Positions 34,017-37,153 of a DNA stretch of 37,153 nucleotides are shown piece by piece. The notes beneath the pieces are model-generated. The model had not been told where the DNA came from. It saw only the letters and a list, made by a program, of their open reading frames with translations, and ran no database searches. A program made the translations under genes and the position numbers. The stretch comes from a virus (taxonomy: Duplodnaviria > Heunggongvirae > Uroviricota > Caudoviricetes): IMG/VR virus record IMGVR_UViG_3300021400_002728, positions 1 to 37,153 of that record; one strand, given 5' to 3'. How positions within the stretch are numbered: the first letter of the stretch is position 1; each line of letters begins with the position of its first letter.

Positions 34017-34700
34017 TTATACGTTACTGAAATAGTGTGCTCCCCACTGGAATGCAGGATGTCCACATGCATGGTAATGACCAGTTCTGAAGTAATATAC
34101 TTCATAGTCAATCTGTGATATGGACTCTTCAAACGCTATCTGTAACTCTTCCTCTGTAGGAGTATTATCTGCATTATACAGAATTGGTGCAGTAGAAAAC
34201 TGTCCATCAGCATATATAATAGAATGTATATCGGCATTATTATATGCCATTCTATTAAGAACAGTATCTGCTACAAGTCTTTTACCTTTTTCGTCCTGAT
34301 TACCAGATTCAGCATGGATTACTCTTGCAAGTAGATCCAATTCTTCATCTGTTAAAGGTGATTCAGGCTCATAATTTTCTGCGATATAATTTACATGTTC
34401 CATTACAGTATCTTCCACATTGGATAAAATATCACTAGGGTTTACTGTCGTTACCTCTTCATAAATTTCTCTTGGTAACAATTCTGTTGTATATTCAATT
34501 GTAGTAGGCTCAGCCATTCTATGAATATCCTGTACCTCAACTGTTTCTACTTCAATTTTGCTCGGTTGATACTTAAGTGATTCTTGAGCTGAAGCTTTTA
34601 CTGTATTTACGCTGAACATCTGTACAAAAATACTAATTGCACACACGACAATAAATGCGATATACAGTTTAGTATTCAATTGTCGAATCGTTTTTAACAT
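34017..34700 (-). CDS. SleB-like cell wall hydrolase (Hydrolase_2) with an N-terminal anchor
   Basis: LLARVIHAESGNQ...VADTVLNR...IIYADGQFS...YYFRT...HYFS; hydrophobic N-terminus. Confidence 0.88.
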   Translation of the reverse strand: MLKTIRQLNTKLYIAFIVVCAISIFVQMFSVNTVKASAQESLKYQPSKIEVETVEVQDIHRMAEPTTIEYTTELLPREIYEEVTTVNPSDILSNVEDTVMEHVNYIAENYEPESPLTDEELDLLARVIHAESGNQDEKGKRLVADTVLNRMAYNNADIHSIIYADGQFSTAPILYNADNTPTEEELQIAFEESISQIDYEVYYFRTGHYHACGHPAFQWGAHYFSNV

Positions 34701-34859
34701 AAATTCCTTTCTCCCATTGAAAAATGATTATGTTCTTTCTATGAAAGATACATATCTTTTTCTTTGTTTGTCTGGTGAGACTTCTTTGTCTCGTAGAGGT
34801 CATAACAAATTAAAGTATATATCGCAAATACTTAATTAGTTATTTACTCTGTGTTCGTG

Positions 34860-35135
34860 TTACTGGTTTTCCTTCTCCTTAAAAGTGTCACAACTGCAAT
34901 ACTTACATCCACAAGCTTCCATTCCTTCGTAGGGATCAAAGTGTCTGTAATATGGATGTCCGCATACGCATATACGATCGTCACCATAATTAGGATTGTA
35001 ACCTCTTACGGTTTCGATCTTTTTATATTCAATATAGGGACCACTGGTGTCACCTACCTGAATAGCTTCTTCTTCGCCAAAGAATGTACGTATCTTTGAC
35101 TTATAACCTTCAATTGTTACCTTAATCTTTTCCAT
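34860..35135 (-). CDS. small Cys/His-rich protein (91 aa)
   Basis: C-terminal CVCGHPYYRHFD...CGCKYCSC; GGAGA RBS. Confidence 0.7.
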   Translation of the reverse strand: MEKIKVTIEGYKSKIRTFFGEEEAIQVGDTSGPYIEYKKIETVRGYNPNYGDDRICVCGHPYYRHFDPYEGMEACGCKYCSCDTFKEKENQ

Positions 35136-35143
35136 TTCTTCTC

Positions 35144-35638
35144 CTATATTTCTACTTTATAGTGCTTTTCGAAATATCCAGGCGCAATAGCATCAAAACC
35201 TTTATCTTGACACTGTGCAGTAACTCCAAATCCATCGTCAATAACTAAAGTCTGAATGATTTCATAATCTGCTGCCACTTCCTTATTGTATGCCAGAATC
35301 ATAGGTAACTTTGCATCCTGAGTCGATACACTAAAGTAGTTATTAAATAAACCAGGTGTAGCATTATCAAGTAGATCTGTCTTAGACTTGAAATAGATGC
35401 TAGTCTGGCAACCAGTTAGCAAGTTTACGAATGGCTTAATGTCATTCTTCTGAAGATAGGCACAAATTTGTCTAACCTTCTCAATAAGTTCATGATTCAG
35501 ATATTTCTCTTCATATTCAATTTTTCCGAATCCGAACATCATATTGTAATCAAAATCTTCATCAAATCTCCAATGAAACTTATGATCGTAAATAGTATCA
35601 TCGAAGTCAATATATATCATAAATGCTTTCTTTTTCAT
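35144..35638 (-). CDS. HAD-superfamily hydrolase-like protein
   Basis: YIDFDDTIY (DxDxT), LLTG, and a LVIDDG motif IV. Confidence 0.72.
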   Translation of the reverse strand: MKKKAFMIYIDFDDTIYDHKFHWRFDEDFDYNMMFGFGKIEYEEKYLNHELIEKVRQICAYLQKNDIKPFVNLLTGCQTSIYFKSKTDLLDNATPGLFNNYFSVSTQDAKLPMILAYNKEVAADYEIIQTLVIDDGFGVTAQCQDKGFDAIAPGYFEKHYKVEI

Positions 35639-35641
35639 AGA

Positions 35642-36139
35642 TTATCTCCTTTTATTGAAATAGTCTTCGAGGATCCGTTTGTGATCAAAGGCAAGATCTT
35701 CCATCTTAAAGGTATGATTCTTACCATCTTCAAAATTTACAAATCCTGCAGCAGCTGCGTCGTCGTCCGGTTTGACCTTGGAGACATACTCTGAAGGAAG
35801 GTTTATAGAATATACAATACTCACTACATGATCTCTAGGGTCTCTCTGGGGATCACTGTAGACGCCTTCCAGAACTATATTATTAGGATCTATATCCAAA
35901 CTAGTTTCTTCTTTAAGTTCTCTTACTGCTGCCTGAAGAGTATTTTCTTTACCTACATCAAGAAAACCGCCGGGAAGTGCCCATTTACCTCGATAAGGGA
36001 AATTTTTCCGTTTTACAAACAAAATACCTTCACCATCAATATGAACTATAAAGTCCACAGTGACTGAAGGCTTTGGATATTTATTTGGATCATATTTAGC
36101 GAGATAAGCTCTCTCTTCATCATTTTCAGGTACGTACAT
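35642..36139 (-). CDS. Nudix hydrolase (ADP-ribose pyrophosphatase / NadM-NrtR-type Nudix domain)
   Basis: YPKPSVTVD, WALPGGF...ENTLQAAVRELKEETSL Nudix box, YSDPQRDPR, LAFDH; no C-terminal wHTH. Confidence 0.9.
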   Translation of the reverse strand: MYVPENDEERAYLAKYDPNKYPKPSVTVDFIVHIDGEGILFVKRKNFPYRGKWALPGGFLDVGKENTLQAAVRELKEETSLDIDPNNIVLEGVYSDPQRDPRDHVVSIVYSINLPSEYVSKVKPDDDAAAAGFVNFEDGKNHTFKMEDLAFDHKRILEDYFNKRR

Positions 36140-36199
36140 TTAATACATCCTTTCACATATATTTATTAAATAGTCCTTCATGTAACAATTGTGTAACAA

Positions 36200-36502
36200 T
36201 TACTTAAATTTGAAACCTTCTTTGCAGGTTCGAGTCATCAATGTGATGTATGTTGCACCATCTTCAAAATCGATAAACTCATCTACATACTTCTCAGCTT
36301 CATTGGTTCGAGTAACTCTACCAACATAATACTCAGAAGATTCTGGATCATTAGTCTCAGAAACAAGATTCTTATGATTATCTTCAACGATCTTGTCGTA
36401 TTTCTTAAGTAACTCATTGTACTGTTTCTTTGTGATCTCTACAGTTGTGAACTGTGTGTTGTAAGTTGTGATTCCTAAATAATATTTAACTGTCTTAGCC
36501 AT
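36200..36502 (-). CDS. hypothetical protein (about 100 aa; start MAKTV)
   Basis: GGAGGT RBS precedes the ATG at 36502; follows the promoter at 36535-36569. Confidence 0.75.
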   Translation of the reverse strand: MAKTVKYYLGITTYNTQFTTVEITKKQYNELLKKYDKIVEDNHKNLVSETNDPESSEYYVGRVTRTNEAEKYVDEFIDFEDGATYITLMTRTCKEGFKFK

Positions 36503-36534
36503 GATAAATACCTCCAAATATTTATTATGGGTTT

Positions 36535-36569
36535 ATTATAACATGTTCCTATATAAAAGTAAATAGTTT
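36535..36569 (-). promoter_or_regulatory. phage early promoter, copy 11
   Basis: AAACTA-TTTACT-N17-TATAAT with TG extension. Confidence 0.8.
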
Positions 36570-36624
36570 TGTAAGCCTATTTTAAGACCCACAAAACTAC
36601 TTTATATAATATGATATTAAAAAG

Positions 36625-37026
36625 TTATTTATTTGATACAAACTCAATTGTATTATCTCTAATTAACCCAAGTGCCACAGCATTATCATGTGTTATATGA
36701 CATTCAGATAAATAAAAATCGCTGTCATACACAATATAATTTTCATTACTATCAGTATCAAATTTATTTCTAAACATAGTGTCTAATAGTCTGGCATCAT
36801 TACATATATGTTCATTTCCATCTTCATCAGCCCAAACTACCTTGACATTTCCGCCACCATGAGAACTTACATATCCCTCATATGATATGGTGAAATCATC
36901 TGTTCTGTAATATTTAATAAGTGTTGACCGAATATTTAAGAATATTCCACCAGCCAAAATACCACAAATTAAAATTGAGGCAAATACAATTTTTATAGTT
37001 TCTACTACATTTTTTGATTTTTCCAT
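36625..37026 (-). CDS. membrane-anchored hypothetical protein (133 aa)
   Basis: N-terminal TM helix (IVFASILICGILAGGIFL); GAGGA RBS. Confidence 0.78.
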   Translation of the reverse strand: MEKSKNVVETIKIVFASILICGILAGGIFLNIRSTLIKYYRTDDFTISYEGYVSSHGGGNVKVVWADEDGNEHICNDARLLDTMFRNKFDTDSNENYIVYDSDFYLSECHITHDNAVALGLIRDNTIEFVSNK

Positions 37027-37040
37027 AGATGTTTCCTCTT

Positions 37041-37153
37041 TTAATCAGCATTTATAATGCTGTTTATGCCTGCGAGTGCACTTAATTCAGCTGAGTTGGC
37101 TAACTCATTGAAGGCCTGCTCTAGAGATCTAATCTTAAATTTGAATTTAGATA
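37041..37153 (-). CDS. C-terminal end of a gene entering from beyond the window
   Basis: Open frame ...SKFKFKIRSLEQAFNELANSAELSALAGINSIINAD* ending at TAA 37041-37043, just before the next RBS. Confidence 0.55.
   Translation of the reverse strand, partial: SKFKFKIRSLEQAFNELANSAELSALAGINSIINAD

Noticed and set aside
34701-34859. c-di-AMP (ydaO) or c-di-GMP riboswitch upstream of the cell wall hydrolase
   Set aside because: The conserved core strings of those aptamers are not visible; only one short hairpin is present.
402-36067. All plus-strand ORFs in the track (e.g. 402-677, 734-1042, 11815-12060, 19420-19818, 26572-26994, 35468-35794)
   Set aside because: They are antisense shadows of well-supported minus-strand genes, with no RBS, no promoter and Ile/Phe/Ser-rich low-information sequence.
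35642-36139. NrtR transcriptional regulator
   Set aside because: The Nudix domain is NrtR-like, but the protein stops at 165 aa without the C-terminal winged-helix DNA-binding domain.
9055-36173. Pistol ribozyme suggested by the UUAAAUAG-like string on the plus strand
   Set aside because: The surrounding sequence lacks the required flanking stems and pseudoknot, and the plus strand is antisense to all genes.
1031-36569. CRISPR array or IS ends from the repeated TGTAAATAGTTT sequence
   Set aside because: The copies are kilobases apart, always 17 nt from a TATAAT box and upstream of an RBS. They are promoters; there is no regular spacer structure and no transposase.
1-37153. Alternative genetic code (TAG or TGA reassignment, as in some gut megaphages)
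   Set aside because: Known enzymes (Glf, Sir2, SNF2, ligase domains) translate full length in code 11, and TAG/TGA occur as ordinary stops next to downstream RBSs. The ligase break is at TAA and is followed by an unrelated gene.
1-37153. tRNA, rRNA or tmRNA genes
   Set aside because: Intergenic gaps are short and explained by promoters and terminators; I saw no cloverleaf or T-loop (GTTCRA) context in them.

Overview
A 37 kb fragment of a large, low-GC (about 30% by eye) dsDNA phage, probably infecting a Bacillota/Clostridia-type host. The host call rests on GGAGG Shine-Dalgarno sites, a SleB-like hydrolase, lipoproteins and sigma-A-type promoters. All credible genes lie on the minus strand and read cleanly in genetic code 11. 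No capsid, tail, tRNA or CRISPR features are visible. The window is an early/middle accessory and DNA-metabolism region, divided into modules by at least 11 copies of an AAACTATTTACA-N17-TATAAT promoter and about 10 intrinsic terminators. The strongest signal is a DNA-hypermodification cluster at 21381-27126. It encodes a kinase fused to a dCMP hydroxymethylase (T4 gp42-type RND motif), a second nucleotide kinase, a GT-A glycosyltransferase like the T2/T6 second-sugar enzyme, a GIY-YIG nuclease, a BGT-like GT-B glycosyltransferase and UDP-galactopyranose mutase (glf). Together these predict a galactofuranose-containing glycosyl-hmC base that I do not know to have been described. The second signal is an NAD+-dependent DNA ligase split into two genes 7.4 kb apart, with no intein and with closely similar promoter/leader sequences. 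Also present are a Sir2 deacylase, a CoaE-like kinase, a HEPN/MNT pair, a secreted VanX-esterase fusion, a membrane-anchored HNH nuclease, an SNF2 helicase, Nudix and HAD hydrolases, and two proteins with polymerase-palm-like motifs. All family assignments come from motif recognition by eye, not from database searches.
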